Origin: Acidobacteriota bacterium
GTDB lineage: Bacteria; Acidobacteriota; Blastocatellia; UBA7656
Reading direction: 5' to 3'
Length of the DNA stretch: 64,000 nt
Assembly: GCA_016201275.1 (NCBI GenBank)
Contig: JACQDB010000106.1
Span: 11,752-75,751, forward strand
Shown: piece after piece, positions 21,267-31,704 of the stretch
Position numbering within the stretch: the stretch's first letter is position 1
How the letters are laid out: the number at the start of each line of letters is the position of its first letter
Notes under the pieces: model-generated
What the model saw: only the letters and a program-made list of their open reading frames with translations
Database searches by the model: none
Told to the model about the DNA's origin: nothing
Program-made: the position numbers and the translations under genes

Positions 21267-21710
21267 CTACTCCGATTTTCCGGTGCTGCCGAAGCCGTCC
21301 GCGCCGCGTTCCGTTTCATCCAATTGCGCGACCGCAAGCAATTTCACTTCTTCCACTTTTTGAATCATCATCTGAGCGATGCGGTCGCCGCGTTTGATAA
21401 CAAAACTCTCGCGCTTATCGGTATTGATGAGAATAACGGCGACTTCGCCGCGATAGCCGGAATCAATCAACCCCGGCGCATTGACTAAAGCGATGCCGTG
21501 CCGCGCCGCCAAGCCACTGCGCGGCAAAACCAATCCGGCGTAGCCCTGCGGTATGGCCAGCGCCAATCCGGTCGGAATGACGGCGCGTTCACCGGGCGCA
21601 AGTTCCACATCTATGCGGCTATGCAGATCGAATCCGGCATCGCCGGTGCGTTGATAACGCGGCAACGGCAATGCCTCATCGAGAAGTTGAATGGCGATTT
21701 CGAGCATCAC
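21267..21710 (-). CDS. dut: dUTP diphosphatase
   Basis: 147 aa. Contains AGFDL, LPRSGLAARHGI, GLIDSGYRGEV and the C-terminal RGADGFGSTGKSE. Confidence 0.95.
   Translation of the reverse strand: MMLEIAIQLLDEALPLPRYQRTGDAGFDLHSRIDVELAPGERAVIPTGLALAIPQGYAGLVLPRSGLAARHGIALVNAPGLIDSGYRGEVAVILINTDKRESFVIKRGDRIAQMMIQKVEEVKLLAVAQLDETERGADGFGSTGKSE
21276..21297. repeat. right 22-bp direct repeat (inside the last codons of dut)
   Basis: ttttccggtgctgccgaagccg encodes ...GFGSTGK on the minus strand. Confidence 0.75.
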
Positions 21711-21998
21711 TTTTTAACGGTCGTTTTCAGCAATCAACCTTGCCGCCTAGAATCCTATTGCCATTTCTACATCCATCACGAATGGAGCTTTCGAGTTGCG
21801 ATGAATTCCGCAGCCGCTATCATACGCGAAGCGTCGGGCGTTTGCACAATGAAGAATTCTTATGCGTTGTTGAAAACTGACTGGACCATTGGGGTTGCAA
21901 GTTTATCCTTCGTCGGCTTGCCAAATCGGGCGACTCGCAAAGGCTCTTTCTTCGCCCCGTAGTATCGTGGCTCAAGGGTTCTGCCTTGTCGTTGATGA

Positions 21999-23258
21999 TT
22001 ACGACAGCGAGCGTTTCAGGTAGAGGCGATTGGCGGTGGTGCGAATCACGTCGGGAACATTTTTATTGGTGCCGAGATTGCGTAGGTCGCGGGTTTGCAC
22101 GCGGTTCAAAAATCCCAGACTGATGGCAATCGGGGTGCGCGGATTGCGAACCAGATTATGAACGACCAGATACGAGCGCGACCAAGCGCGGTTCTGGCCG
22201 ATTTGCCGCAGCACATCTTCTGGCGCGGTCTTCAATGACGAGATGTATTCGATTTCGCTGTCGGTGACACGCGGGTTTCGCAACACCGCCCCGGCGACGA
22301 GGCGATTCGGGTCGCGCACTAAAATCATGCGCGCTTCGCGGGTTCCCTTAATTGCCAGCAAGACGCGCTCTTTGATGCTCATCAAAGCGATCTGTTGAAA
22401 CACCGCTTTGCGTTCCGCAATCATGGCCTCTTCCGGCTCTTCTTCGGCCAACACCTGCCCGATGATGTTCTGAAAATTGAGTTGTGAATCCACATCCGGT
22501 CGGGTCGTATCCAGCGTGCCGACTTCGGCTTCGTATTCGTGGAGCAAGGTATCGTCCAGACTGTCGGCGATCTCTTCAATCAATCCGAGCCGCACCAGGT
22601 CTTCCAGCGAATCAACCGAGATGACATTTTTGGCTTGCTCTTGAGCGGCGCGTTCAGCCGCTTCGACTTCCTGACGGGCGCGTTGCTCGTCGGCCACCAT
22701 CTGCGCCCCGAAACGCTTCTCGAAAAACTCCTGACGCACTTCGGTAGCACGGCGTTCGGCTTCCGGGGTGCGTTGTGGGTTGCTCAAAATCGCATCAATG
22801 ATTTCGGGGGTTTGAATCATGGCCTGCTGTTTGAGCGAAATGGCTTCGATAACTTTGGGGTCGCGGCTTTGATGCGCCAGTCGCGCCAGCGCCGCGTTCG
22901 GCGTCGAGCGGTTGAAGATAACGGTTTCGAGAATCTCTTCCGGCGTGTTCGCCCACAGACACAAAAACCCCAGCACTTGGGCAGAGGCTTCGGTATCCGC
23001 CGCCAGCGTCGCAAAGGAATGAGCATCAAGCGTGTCCAGCGTAGAGGCCGCCGTAAAGCGCACTTCATCGCTGGCATCGGCAGCCAGCGCTACCAACACC
23101 TCGAACAATTCTTCGTTGGAAAGCGGCAGCATCCCTTTGGCCGCTGCCAACTTGGCCGTGAGCGGCGCTGCCCCGGATGTGATGGCTTGTAAAATTGGGT
23201 TAGCGATGATGGTTCTCCGAATCGCAATGGCTTTGCGCGTTGTGGGGCGATGGTGCAA
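21999..23258 (-). CDS. hypothetical protein, helical (HEAT/ARM-like) repeats
   Basis: 419-aa ORF with a TTG start at 23258, so the start is uncertain. It is Ala/Leu/Glu-rich and helical, with repeated RNPRTP/RNPRVT-type motifs near the C-terminus. Confidence 0.5.
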   Translation of the reverse strand: MHHRPTTRKAIAIRRTIIANPILQAITSGAAPLTAKLAAAKGMLPLSNEELFEVLVALAADASDEVRFTAASTLDTLDAHSFATLAADTEASAQVLGFLCLWANTPEEILETVIFNRSTPNAALARLAHQSRDPKVIEAISLKQQAMIQTPEIIDAILSNPQRTPEAERRATEVRQEFFEKRFGAQMVADEQRARQEVEAAERAAQEQAKNVISVDSLEDLVRLGLIEEIADSLDDTLLHEYEAEVGTLDTTRPDVDSQLNFQNIIGQVLAEEEPEEAMIAERKAVFQQIALMSIKERVLLAIKGTREARMILVRDPNRLVAGAVLRNPRVTDSEIEYISSLKTAPEDVLRQIGQNRAWSRSYLVVHNLVRNPRTPIAISLGFLNRVQTRDLRNLGTNKNVPDVIRTTANRLYLKRSLS

Positions 23259-23423
23259 GAAGTCTTGCTGCCAAGCCCAGAGTACAACAGGCGCGCCCCG
23301 TGTTCAACGGTTTGTTTTTCATCATTCCATAACATTACGAGAAGGCAAAGGCGTGTGCCGGCGTGTGCCAATGATTCTCTATGCGAGCAACTGCTCACCA
23401 AGTACAGCACTGTGCCAATAACC

Positions 23424-23550
23424 TAGAGCGGTTTTCATAGGTGTGTACTGAACGCGCTATCGTTGAGCAGCGGTCTGTGACCGAGCGAAGGTCTTCGACC
23501 GCCGCTCAACCGGTTTGAGGTTTCCGTAATCTCAAACACAAACCGCTCTA
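23424..23550 (-). mobile_element. MITE-like element, 127-bp family, copy B (inverted relative to A and C)
   Basis: The reverse complement aligns to copy A over the full length. The differences are mainly in the loop of the central hairpin. Confidence 0.75.
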
Positions 23551-23777
23551 GCGCGTACTTGGCGGCTTGACGCGAGAGAATATTTTGGCAATCCGAGCGG
23601 TTCGCGCAAAGTTGCAAAGCCGCCAAGATACGCCAAGTTTATTGGTCGCACATCAAAGAATCTTTCATGCGAAATCGCTTCGGAAAGCGGTTGAGAATCT
23701 TGCGAGTAAGCCAAATTAAAAACGGATGGTGAATTGAAAAAAACAATCCGCCATCCGCATTCTGCATTCCGCAATCG

Positions 23778-26645
23778 CTAGACTTCCGCGCCGCAGCACT
23801 TCTTGTACTTCTTGCCCGAACCGCAGAGGCAAGGGTCGTTGCGGCCTACGCGGGGTTCTTTGTTGCGAATCGGTTTGGCGGTCTCTTCTTCGCCGCCAGC
23901 AAAGGCCGTTTCGTTGGCTTTGGTAAAGGCGACGCGCCCACGGCGTTGGCGGCGACGACGTTCCAAAAGTTGCTGCTCGACCGAATCGGTCACCTGCACC
24001 TGAAAGTTGAACAGATAGCGCACGGTCTCGGTGTCTATGCGGGCGCGCATCGCTTCAAACAGATGAAACGATTCGCGCTTGTATTCCACCAGCGGGTCTT
24101 TCTGCCCATAGCCGCGCAAGCCTATGCCTTCTTTCAAATGATCCAGCGCCAACAGGTGGTCTTTCCATTGCGAGTCCACAATGTTCAACATGATGTAGCG
24201 TTCGAGACTTCGCATGGCTTCGACGCCGACCTGCACTTCTTTATCGGCATAGCCTTTTTCGATCTCCGGCCAGAGTTTCTCTTCGGCTTCCTCCTGCCCC
24301 ATGTTCTCCAACACGAAGCGCGTATTCTCGACCTCAAGACCGAACAGGGAACGCAACTGCTCTTTGAAGCCGACCAGGTCCCATTGATCGGGCTGCACCT
24401 CTTTGGGCATATACTGATCAATCAAACCTAAGAATGTATCCTGCGCGATGCTTAAAATGTATTCGCGTTGATTAGCGTTGCGCTCTTCAATCGAATCGCC
24501 TTCAAAGCCTTCCAGCAATTGCCGACGGATCGAATAAATCGCGGCGCGTTGTTTATTCATCACGTCGTCATATTCGAGCAGGTGTTTACGTATGGAAAAG
24601 TTGTGCGCTTCAACAGATTTTTGCGCGCCCTCTATGCGCTTGCTGACAATCTTGGATTCAATCGGCACGCCTTCTTCCATGCCTAGACGCAGCATCAAGC
24701 CCTTGATGCGTTCGCCGCCAAAGATACGCATCAAATCGTCTTCGAGCGAAAGATAAAACCGCGACGAACCGGGGTCGCCCTGACGACCGGCACGACCGCG
24801 CAACTGATTATCTATGCGGCGCGATTCGTGGCGTTCGGTTCCAAGTATGTGCAGGCCGCCGAGTTTGATCACTTCTTCGTGTTCGGCATCGGTGACCACT
24901 TTGGCTTTTTCCAGCGCCGCCTGCCACTGCTGTTCGGTGGCTTCATCGGGGTTGATCTCTTTCTCTTTCAAAATTTTTCTGGCGAGAAATTCGGGATTGC
25001 CGCCCAGCAAAATATCTGTACCGCGCCCGGCCATATTGGTTGCAATCGTCACCTGCCCTTTGCGTCCGGCCTGCGCCACGATGTCGGCTTCGCGTCCGGC
25101 GTGTTCGGGCTTGGCGTTTAATACGTTATGCGGAATGCGTAATTTTTTCAGTTGCTCGGAGAGCCGTTCGGAATTTTCCACCGACACCGTACCGACCAAT
25201 ACCGGCTGGCCTTTTTCATGCAGGTCTTTGATTTCCAGCGCCGCCGCCGTCCACTTCTCCTGTTCGGTGCGATAAATCATGTCTGAAAAATCCACGCGGC
25301 TCATAGGGCGATTGGTGGGAATCACCGCGACATCGAGTTTATAGATGTTGCCAAATTCCGCCGCTTCGGTTTCGGCAGTGCCGGTCATGCCTGCGAGCTT
25401 GGCGTACATACGAAAATAATTTTGCAGCGTGATGGTTGCCAGAGTCTGGTTTTCGGCTTCAATCTTGACGCCTTCTTTGGCTTCGACGCCTTGATGCAAA
25501 CCGTCGCTCCAACGCCGACCGGGCATGATGCGACCGGTGAATTCATCTACGATGATGACTTCGCCATCGCGCACGATGTACTGTTTGTCCACCTGATACA
25601 GCGAGTGCGCCTTGAGCGATTGCTCTATGCAATGCAGCAATTCCATATTCACGGGGTCGTAGAGATTGCCGGCGTTGGTGAATTTTTCCGCCATCTCGAC
25701 GCCGAGTTCCGTAAGCGTCGCCTGATGCTGTTTTTCATCTACGTGATAAAGCAGGCGCGGGTCTTGTTTCAAATCCACATCGCCTTCGCTGCTTTTGATT
25801 TCGGCAACAATCTTCGCCTGTTCGTTCTTCAAGCGAATCATGCATTCGTTCGCCACATAATATTTTTCCGTAGAGTCTTCCGAAGAACCGGCGATGATCA
25901 GCGGGGTGCGCGCTTCGTCAATCAGTATCGAGTCAACTTCATCAACGATGGCGTAATAAAAGCCGCGCTGCACCATCGCCGCAGGGTCGAACTTCATGTT
26001 GTCGCGCAGATAATCGAAACCGAATTCGTTATTGGTTCCATAAGTGATGTCTGCGCCGTAAGCGGCTTTGCGTTCTTCGTCGTTGAGGTCGTGTTGAATG
26101 CAGCCGACGGTCAAACCGAGGAAGCGATAAATCTTGCCCATCCATTCGGTGTCGCGTTTGGCCAGATAATCGTTGACGGTGACGATGTGAACGCCGCGTC
26201 CGGCCACTGCGTTCAAATAGGCGGGCAAGGTGGCGACCAAAGTTTTGCCTTCGCCGGTTTTCATTTCGGCAATCATACCGCGATGCAACACCATGCCGCC
26301 GATTAACTGCACGTCGAAATGGCGCATCCCCGTAGCGCGGCGCGACGCCTCGCGCACCACCGCGAAAGCTTCCGGCAGAATTTCATCCAGCGCTTCATCA
26401 ATGGCGTTTCGTAAAGCGGTCTTCTCTTCTTCGGGCGTGCTGCCCGACAACTCCGCGCCTTGCAAGCGGTCGTTGACGTGTTGTTTGAATTTGTCGGTAT
26501 AGGCGCACAATTCGTCATCGCTGAGACTTTTCATTTTGGCTTCGTGAGCGTTGATCTCTTCGACGACCGGCCACAATCGTTTAATCAGGCGCTCGTTGGC
26601 GCTGCCGAAAATCTTGGTTGCTACTTTATTAAATATCGCTGTCAT
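23778..26645 (-). CDS. secA: preprotein translocase ATPase SecA
   Basis: 955 aa. Contains [41 protein letters not shown] and the C-terminal zinc motif [14 protein letters not shown]. Confidence 0.98.
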   Translation of the reverse strand: MTAIFNKVATKIFGSANERLIKRLWPVVEEINAHEAKMKSLSDDELCAYTDKFKQHVNDRLQGAELSGSTPEEEKTALRNAIDEALDEILPEAFAVVREASRRATGMRHFDVQLIGGMVLHRGMIAEMKTGEGKTLVATLPAYLNAVAGRGVHIVTVNDYLAKRDTEWMGKIYRFLGLTVGCIQHDLNDEERKAAYGADITYGTNNEFGFDYLRDNMKFDPAAMVQRGFYYAIVDEVDSILIDEARTPLIIAGSSEDSTEKYYVANECMIRLKNEQAKIVAEIKSSEGDVDLKQDPRLLYHVDEKQHQATLTELGVEMAEKFTNAGNLYDPVNMELLHCIEQSLKAHSLYQVDKQYIVRDGEVIIVDEFTGRIMPGRRWSDGLHQGVEAKEGVKIEAENQTLATITLQNYFRMYAKLAGMTGTAETEAAEFGNIYKLDVAVIPTNRPMSRVDFSDMIYRTEQEKWTAAALEIKDLHEKGQPVLVGTVSVENSERLSEQLKKLRIPHNVLNAKPEHAGREADIVAQAGRKGQVTIATNMAGRGTDILLGGNPEFLARKILKEKEINPDEATEQQWQAALEKAKVVTDAEHEEVIKLGGLHILGTERHESRRIDNQLRGRAGRQGDPGSSRFYLSLEDDLMRIFGGERIKGLMLRLGMEEGVPIESKIVSKRIEGAQKSVEAHNFSIRKHLLEYDDVMNKQRAAIYSIRRQLLEGFEGDSIEERNANQREYILSIAQDTFLGLIDQYMPKEVQPDQWDLVGFKEQLRSLFGLEVENTRFVLENMGQEEAEEKLWPEIEKGYADKEVQVGVEAMRSLERYIMLNIVDSQWKDHLLALDHLKEGIGLRGYGQKDPLVEYKRESFHLFEAMRARIDTETVRYLFNFQVQVTDSVEQQLLERRRRQRRGRVAFTKANETAFAGGEEETAKPIRNKEPRVGRNDPCLCGSGKKYKKCCGAEV

Positions 26646-26988
26646 GGGTTCTCTCTTTTACGCTTCTGTTAAGGCTTCCGACCGCTGGTTTGTCTCGATT
26701 CAAAGGCGAAGCCGGAAACGAGTGAGCCTGTTGACCGGCGGCTGGCGCGCTGAATGGCGGCGCAAGCCTTTGGCAACAGGCTACGATAAATCAATTAATT
26801 GTAATGCTAAACTCTTCACCTACAGCCTTCTCGCTGTTCAACAATACGAAAAAGAATTCTATTTGATGCAAACTTTTGCGTCAAACGCGCTGCCTGTGTT
26901 GCGTGGCGGCGGCGCTTTACGGTCGAGGTCATAGCGTTTTCACAAACCGAGAAGAAACCACAGAGGAATACAGAGGTTTCGCTCACGA

Positions 26989-27582
26989 TCATTTTACTAA
27001 TTTGGGGTCGCGTTTTTCAGGAACGAAATCCAGCCCACGGCTGTTGACCAAAAGTTTCGCCTTGCCGCGTTCAGTACCGTTTGCCAGAAAATAAATTTCA
27101 CAAACCAAGCTCTCGCCATCTTTCAACTCGACGGTAAACGGCAACACCGCGCCCGTTTTTTTCAAGGCAATCTGTTGCGGCGCAATCATCCGTTGGGGAA
27201 TCACGCGCTGGCCGTTCTGCTCGATGGCAAAGATTTGCACTTCGATGACCTGCTCGGCAACGAATGGCTTGAGCTGAAAGGCCACTGTACTTTGACGTTT
27301 GCCGCCTGTGGGCGTGTAATTGAACAGCGCCAGATGCAGGTCTTTGCCGACGATGCGCGTTACCGAAGGCGCGAGATTTTTATTGGGAGCCAGCTTGTCC
27401 CAGAATTCCACCGCACCGATGTGTTCCAAATTCGGATCGCGCACCGCAGGCGTTGTCATCGGATTCGGCCTTGAAATCGTCGTCGGGCCGCCGCTGGTAT
27501 CTATGCGGCGAGGGCTTTGCGCCGCTGTGCTGACAGCCAACAAGAACAGATAAAACACCACCAAGAACAAACGAAGGCGCAT
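26989..27582 (-). CDS. hypothetical secreted protein
   Basis: The ATG at 27582 has an AGGAGGA SD. MRLRLFLVVFYLFLLAVSTAAQ is a signal peptide. No family recognised. Confidence 0.55.
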   Translation of the reverse strand: MRLRLFLVVFYLFLLAVSTAAQSPRRIDTSGGPTTISRPNPMTTPAVRDPNLEHIGAVEFWDKLAPNKNLAPSVTRIVGKDLHLALFNYTPTGGKRQSTVAFQLKPFVAEQVIEVQIFAIEQNGQRVIPQRMIAPQQIALKKTGAVLPFTVELKDGESLVCEIYFLANGTERGKAKLLVNSRGLDFVPEKRDPKLVK

Positions 27583-27762
27583 AACTCTATCCTCCTTTTT
27601 GAGCGTCTCGGCGCAGCGCGTCAATGGCCAGCGTGGCTCCGAGAGCCTCGCGCAAACACCCCGCGTTTCCCCTCGGCAACCTTAAAAAACGCCCGGTTTT
27701 ATTGCTTATTTCACGTCCTGGCGCAAGCTTGCGACGGGCGAAGCGTAGTCGCCTGCACGCTT

Positions 27763-28734
27763 TTACAGCCAGCCTTTGCGCTTGGCAACAATCACCGACC
27801 CGCTGATTAAAAAGGCCATGCTGACAATCACCGTCCAGAATCCCGCCGCGCCCGATTTAAAAAATGCCAGTTCAAAGTTCATACCCAGAATGCTAGCGAT
27901 GACGCCGGTTGCGCCCAGCATAACGGTCGCAAAAGTTAAAACTTTCATCACGTCATTGGTGTATTCGGCAGTCCGCGTGGTCAGCAGATCAAAGGAACTG
28001 ATCACCAGATCGCGGGCGGTTTCAATCGAATCCACAGCGCGTTCAAAGCGGTCATTGAGGGTGCGGAAATGCGGCGCGGATTCGTTGTCGGCAAGCAAAG
28101 TGAAATCGGGACGCGACAACGCATAAAAGACATCTCGATGCGGCGACAACAAGCGCCGCAGACGCGACACCCGACTTCGCAACTTGACCAGTTCGGGAAT
28201 GAAACTGCGTTCCGGCGAGCTTGATAAAATCTCTTCGTCGAGTTTGTCCACCTCGGCTTCAAGGTTTTCCAGAGCGCGAAAATAACTGTTGATGTGCCAT
28301 TCTAGCAGCGTCGCCACCAAGGATTCCGCCGTGAGCTTGCCCAATTCGGTGTCGCCTTTCAATTGGCTGCGGAAGTCTTCTAAAAATTCCACCTCTTTCG
28401 GATGCACGGTGACAACATAATTTTTGCCGCAGAACAAATCCAATGGCACATGGTCGTATTCGGGCTTGGTGTCCTGCTTCACCGCGATGACATAGACATG
28501 AAAATAATCGCTGTACATAGTGAGGCGAGGCCGCTGCACGGGGTTCAATAAATTATTCACCGAGCGTTTATTGAATTTCAATATGTCCGCAATGCAATCC
28601 ACATCATCCTCTTCGCGTCCGACTATATCCACCCATAACAATTGCCGGTCATTCAATTGCTTGACGGCCTTTTCGGTAAATTCGATTTCTTGATCCGTGC
28701 CATCGGCATTGAACAGATAGGCTTGTAAACTCAT
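27763..28734 (-). CDS. corA: CorA-family magnesium/cobalt transporter
   Basis: 323 aa. It has two C-terminal TM helices with the ILGMNFE (GMN) signature. Confidence 0.85.
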   Translation of the reverse strand: MSLQAYLFNADGTDQEIEFTEKAVKQLNDRQLLWVDIVGREEDDVDCIADILKFNKRSVNNLLNPVQRPRLTMYSDYFHVYVIAVKQDTKPEYDHVPLDLFCGKNYVVTVHPKEVEFLEDFRSQLKGDTELGKLTAESLVATLLEWHINSYFRALENLEAEVDKLDEEILSSSPERSFIPELVKLRSRVSRLRRLLSPHRDVFYALSRPDFTLLADNESAPHFRTLNDRFERAVDSIETARDLVISSFDLLTTRTAEYTNDVMKVLTFATVMLGATGVIASILGMNFELAFFKSGAAGFWTVIVSMAFLISGSVIVAKRKGWL

Positions 28735-28799
28735 GAAGGTTTCCTGTTGGAGATTGGAATAAACCGGAAACTCTATTGTACTGGAAATAGTCCGCCGCG

Positions 28800-29801
28800 C
28801 TACAACACTTCCTGGCGCAGCAGGGGAAAAACTTGCGCGACTTTGTGCAACAGATACTCGCCATAAGTGCCAGTGAATTCATAGACGCTGGCGTGGTCCC
28901 AGCGCTCGTATTGGTCGTCTGGTAATTTCGCCTTCACCTCAAGCGGTTTGATACAAGCAAAAAAATTTGGGTCGAAAAAGAAAGGGAAGGAGAGGCGGTC
29001 GCGCTGCGCCGATTTCTGCACGCGATGCGGCGTCGAACGATACAGCCCGCCCGTCATGCGATCCAGCATATCGCCGATGTTGCAGATGAACGCCTGGGCA
29101 AGCGGCGGCGCATCAAGCCAACGCCCCTGCGATTTCACCTGCAAGCCGCCCGTTTCGTCCTGTTTCAAAATCGTCAACACCCCATAATCGGTGTGTTCGC
29201 CGACGCCCCAGCTTGCTTCCTGAACTTGCGTTGCGCGGTCTGCCGGATAATGGAAGAGGCGAAATAAAGTCAGCGGCTCTTGCGTGTAATGTTGGGCGAA
29301 ATACGTCTCTTCGAGGTCTAGACTCAAAGCGATGCCGGCCATCAATTGATGACCAAGCGTGGTCATGGCGTGCATATAATCCAGCACGGTCTGGCGCAAG
29401 GCGGCGGGGTAGGCGGGAAAGAGATTGCGCCCGTGCATAGGCGTGCGGGCTTTAACCAAGGGATGCGTTTCATCCAATTCCGCGCCGAAATAGAGACCTT
29501 CTTTACAATCGGGTTTGCCCGCCGTCAACTCCTCACCGACCGCAAAATAACCGCGCCACGCGCTGCCGCCGAGCGCCATACGAATCTTGAGTTTTTCTTC
29601 AAGGGGTTGCGCGAAGAACTCGCGGCTCAAGGTTTCCAATTGTTGTTGCAGGCTTTCGGCCACGCCGTGTCCGGTGATGTAAAAGAAGCCGCATTGGCGA
29701 CAAGCCTTGCCGATTTGCCTGGCCACTTCATGGCGCTCGCGGGTTCCGGCAAGCAACGCTCGCAAGTCAATCAACGGCACTTGTGAAAACGCTTCGTCCA
29801 T
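28800..29801 (-). CDS. 2-oxoglutarate/Fe(II)-dependent oxygenase (isopenicillin N synthase family)
   Basis: 333 aa. Contains GFFYITGHG, GEHTDYGVLTIL and YRSTPHRV (HxD...H facial triad plus RxS). Confidence 0.85.
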   Translation of the reverse strand: MDEAFSQVPLIDLRALLAGTRERHEVARQIGKACRQCGFFYITGHGVAESLQQQLETLSREFFAQPLEEKLKIRMALGGSAWRGYFAVGEELTAGKPDCKEGLYFGAELDETHPLVKARTPMHGRNLFPAYPAALRQTVLDYMHAMTTLGHQLMAGIALSLDLEETYFAQHYTQEPLTLFRLFHYPADRATQVQEASWGVGEHTDYGVLTILKQDETGGLQVKSQGRWLDAPPLAQAFICNIGDMLDRMTGGLYRSTPHRVQKSAQRDRLSFPFFFDPNFFACIKPLEVKAKLPDDQYERWDHASVYEFTGTYGEYLLHKVAQVFPLLRQEVL

Positions 29802-29877
29802 ACTTTTGGCGCTTGGCCTTGGCGCGTGATTCGTCGGCCTGGCTCATCGCGCCGCCTGGCCGATTACTTGTGGCCGA

Positions 29878-31113
29878 TTACTTGATGTCGGGCGAAATAT
29901 AATTGGTCGTCGTCAAATCCTGATAGCTTTTATACAGCCCTGCGTCAAAGTCTTTCAGAAAGATGCTCATCTGTTGCAACAACGTGATGGTAATGCGATA
30001 GCGCGGTATTTGCACAGGATGTTGATAACGCATAGTCGGCACGGCGCGTATGAATAGGCTCTTGTCCGTGAGCGGCAGTTTTTTGACGTTGTTGGCAAAC
30101 GCCTCGAAGACGCCACTGCCAAACAGATACTGTTCGACGTTCGAGGTATAAAAAGCCGTCACCGTGAAATTGTTTTTCTTCAAATACTCGCCGACGGCGG
30201 CGATGGCTTTCTTGCCGCCGAAATCGCCGACTACAGGGATAATCAAATTCTTGCGCTGCATCTCGCGGACGAAATCATAATCGCTGACGCTGGCCAGAAA
30301 ATTGCCTTGCTTGTTATTCAAATCAGTTTCAGCAATGATTTCGCGGAAGGTCGGAAAATAGCCGCCCCACGAGCTATCCACGCGATAGGCGATGTCCAAG
30401 CCTTCATCGCGGAAACTCTTGTAGATATATTCCAGCCCCTTTTGGTCGTCGGCGGAAAGCGTGTATGGAATCTCGTCCTGAAGGGTTTTGCGAATCTGTG
30501 CAAGATTGGCTTCATAGGTTTTATCATCAGCGGGAATCTGCGCGAAGAAGTTGAGCAAATCGTTGATCGGCGCATCCGCCGCCGGGACTTTCTCTTTCAG
30601 CAAAGGCTTGCTCAACAGGCGCGACAAAAACTGCACGCGATTGGGCGACAGATGAAAGATGGCTTTGTACATCAGGTGCTGAATCATAGCCTGTCGGCGT
30701 ATGTCTATGATGAAAGCGATGCGTGGGCGAATCTTGGCAATGTAGGTGAAATTCTGTTCGGGGCCGACGCCGAGGTAAGCGCCGCCGGTTGCGCCCAGTT
30801 GTTTTAGCTTGTCCACCACGGTCAGATAAGAGGTTTCGTTGGAGGTGAAATTATCGCTGCGAAAATAGCCGCCCTCTTCAGAGAGGTCGTTGATTAAGTG
30901 GGCAAAATCTTTGGCGGATAAATTATCGGGTTGCTTCGCCTGCGCGTATGAAGTCCACGACGCACAGCACAACACCAGCAGCAGCAGTTTCGCTATCCAT
31001 TGCCCGAGGCGATGCGGTTGCGAGTGGGAAGATGCGCCAGGACGTTCTAGGCGGTGGGGCGGCACAGTAGAACTTTTCATTGACGTTGGCGGGGCATTAT
31101 TGAATATCTTCAT
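29878..31113 (-). CDS. hypothetical exported protein
   Basis: 411 aa. The hydrophobic segment WIAKLLLLVLCCASWTSYAQA looks like a signal or anchor. No family recognised. Confidence 0.5.
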   Translation of the reverse strand: MKIFNNAPPTSMKSSTVPPHRLERPGASSHSQPHRLGQWIAKLLLLVLCCASWTSYAQAKQPDNLSAKDFAHLINDLSEEGGYFRSDNFTSNETSYLTVVDKLKQLGATGGAYLGVGPEQNFTYIAKIRPRIAFIIDIRRQAMIQHLMYKAIFHLSPNRVQFLSRLLSKPLLKEKVPAADAPINDLLNFFAQIPADDKTYEANLAQIRKTLQDEIPYTLSADDQKGLEYIYKSFRDEGLDIAYRVDSSWGGYFPTFREIIAETDLNNKQGNFLASVSDYDFVREMQRKNLIIPVVGDFGGKKAIAAVGEYLKKNNFTVTAFYTSNVEQYLFGSGVFEAFANNVKKLPLTDKSLFIRAVPTMRYQHPVQIPRYRITITLLQQMSIFLKDFDAGLYKSYQDLTTTNYISPDIK

Positions 31114-31548
31114 GCGTTATACTCCATCTTTACATCAAGCCAGATTATGCCAAGCATATAATTTATCAAGAGAAACTGTCCACTGGGATTAGGGCGATTG
31201 TCTAGGGCGAGCGCAGCTAAATTCCCAATAAAATCGAGGGTTTCGATTTTTCGAGCAATTTCGCCAATTCAGGTTGCTGTCAAAAGCTGAGGAAATTTGC
31301 CCTTTGTCGTATCCGGCTTGGTAAGCCCTTGAAACTAAAATCCTTATTTTCCTAGAAAATTAGATGCGTTTGCCCTGCTGGCTGGGTAGTGCCTCAAGCC
31401 TTGAGCCGGAATTTTCGTTTGTCACAGAAAAGAGCGTTGGTGGCACCAGCGGCCTGGCCGTTTCCCTGATGTCTGTGGGCCTCTGTAGCCGTGTGCGGAT
31501 TTTGCTCTCGGTCTATTTTCGCGGTTTTTACATAGGGCGAAAAGGTTG

Positions 31549-31577
31549 TTGACGGGCTTTGCTTATCGTTTTAGACT
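31549..31577 (+). promoter_or_regulatory. possible sigma70-type promoter upstream of the PAS gene
   Basis: TTGACG (31549-31554), a 17-nt spacer, then TAGACT (31572-31577), ~130 nt upstream of the ATG at 31705. Pattern match only. Confidence 0.25.
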
Positions 31578-31704
31578 GAGGGTCAAGGTTGAACAGCGTA
31601 AGCTATCAAGCCTCCAAAAACAAATAACCGCTGCTGCTCTGAAAAAGTAGTGGGTTACGAAATCCCCATTCTCCTGTTGCTCATCCTTTGGCAGTGCCTG
31701 AATT

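Larger units (their letters stand above)
19343..21275 (-). mobile_element. 1.9-kb AT-rich inserted cassette (ATPase + DUF4276-like), no recombinase
   Basis: It is bounded by the 22-bp direct repeats. Hand-counted GC of 60-nt lines is 32%, 35% and 47% inside, against 52% in flanking lines (18901, 21301). Confidence 0.6.

Noticed and set aside
23690-23777. Intrinsic terminator downstream of secA.
   Set aside because: There are short complementary segments (cggatgg/ccatccg) with T-runs. However, the loop would be ~21 nt and the alternative pairings are weak. I am not confident in it.
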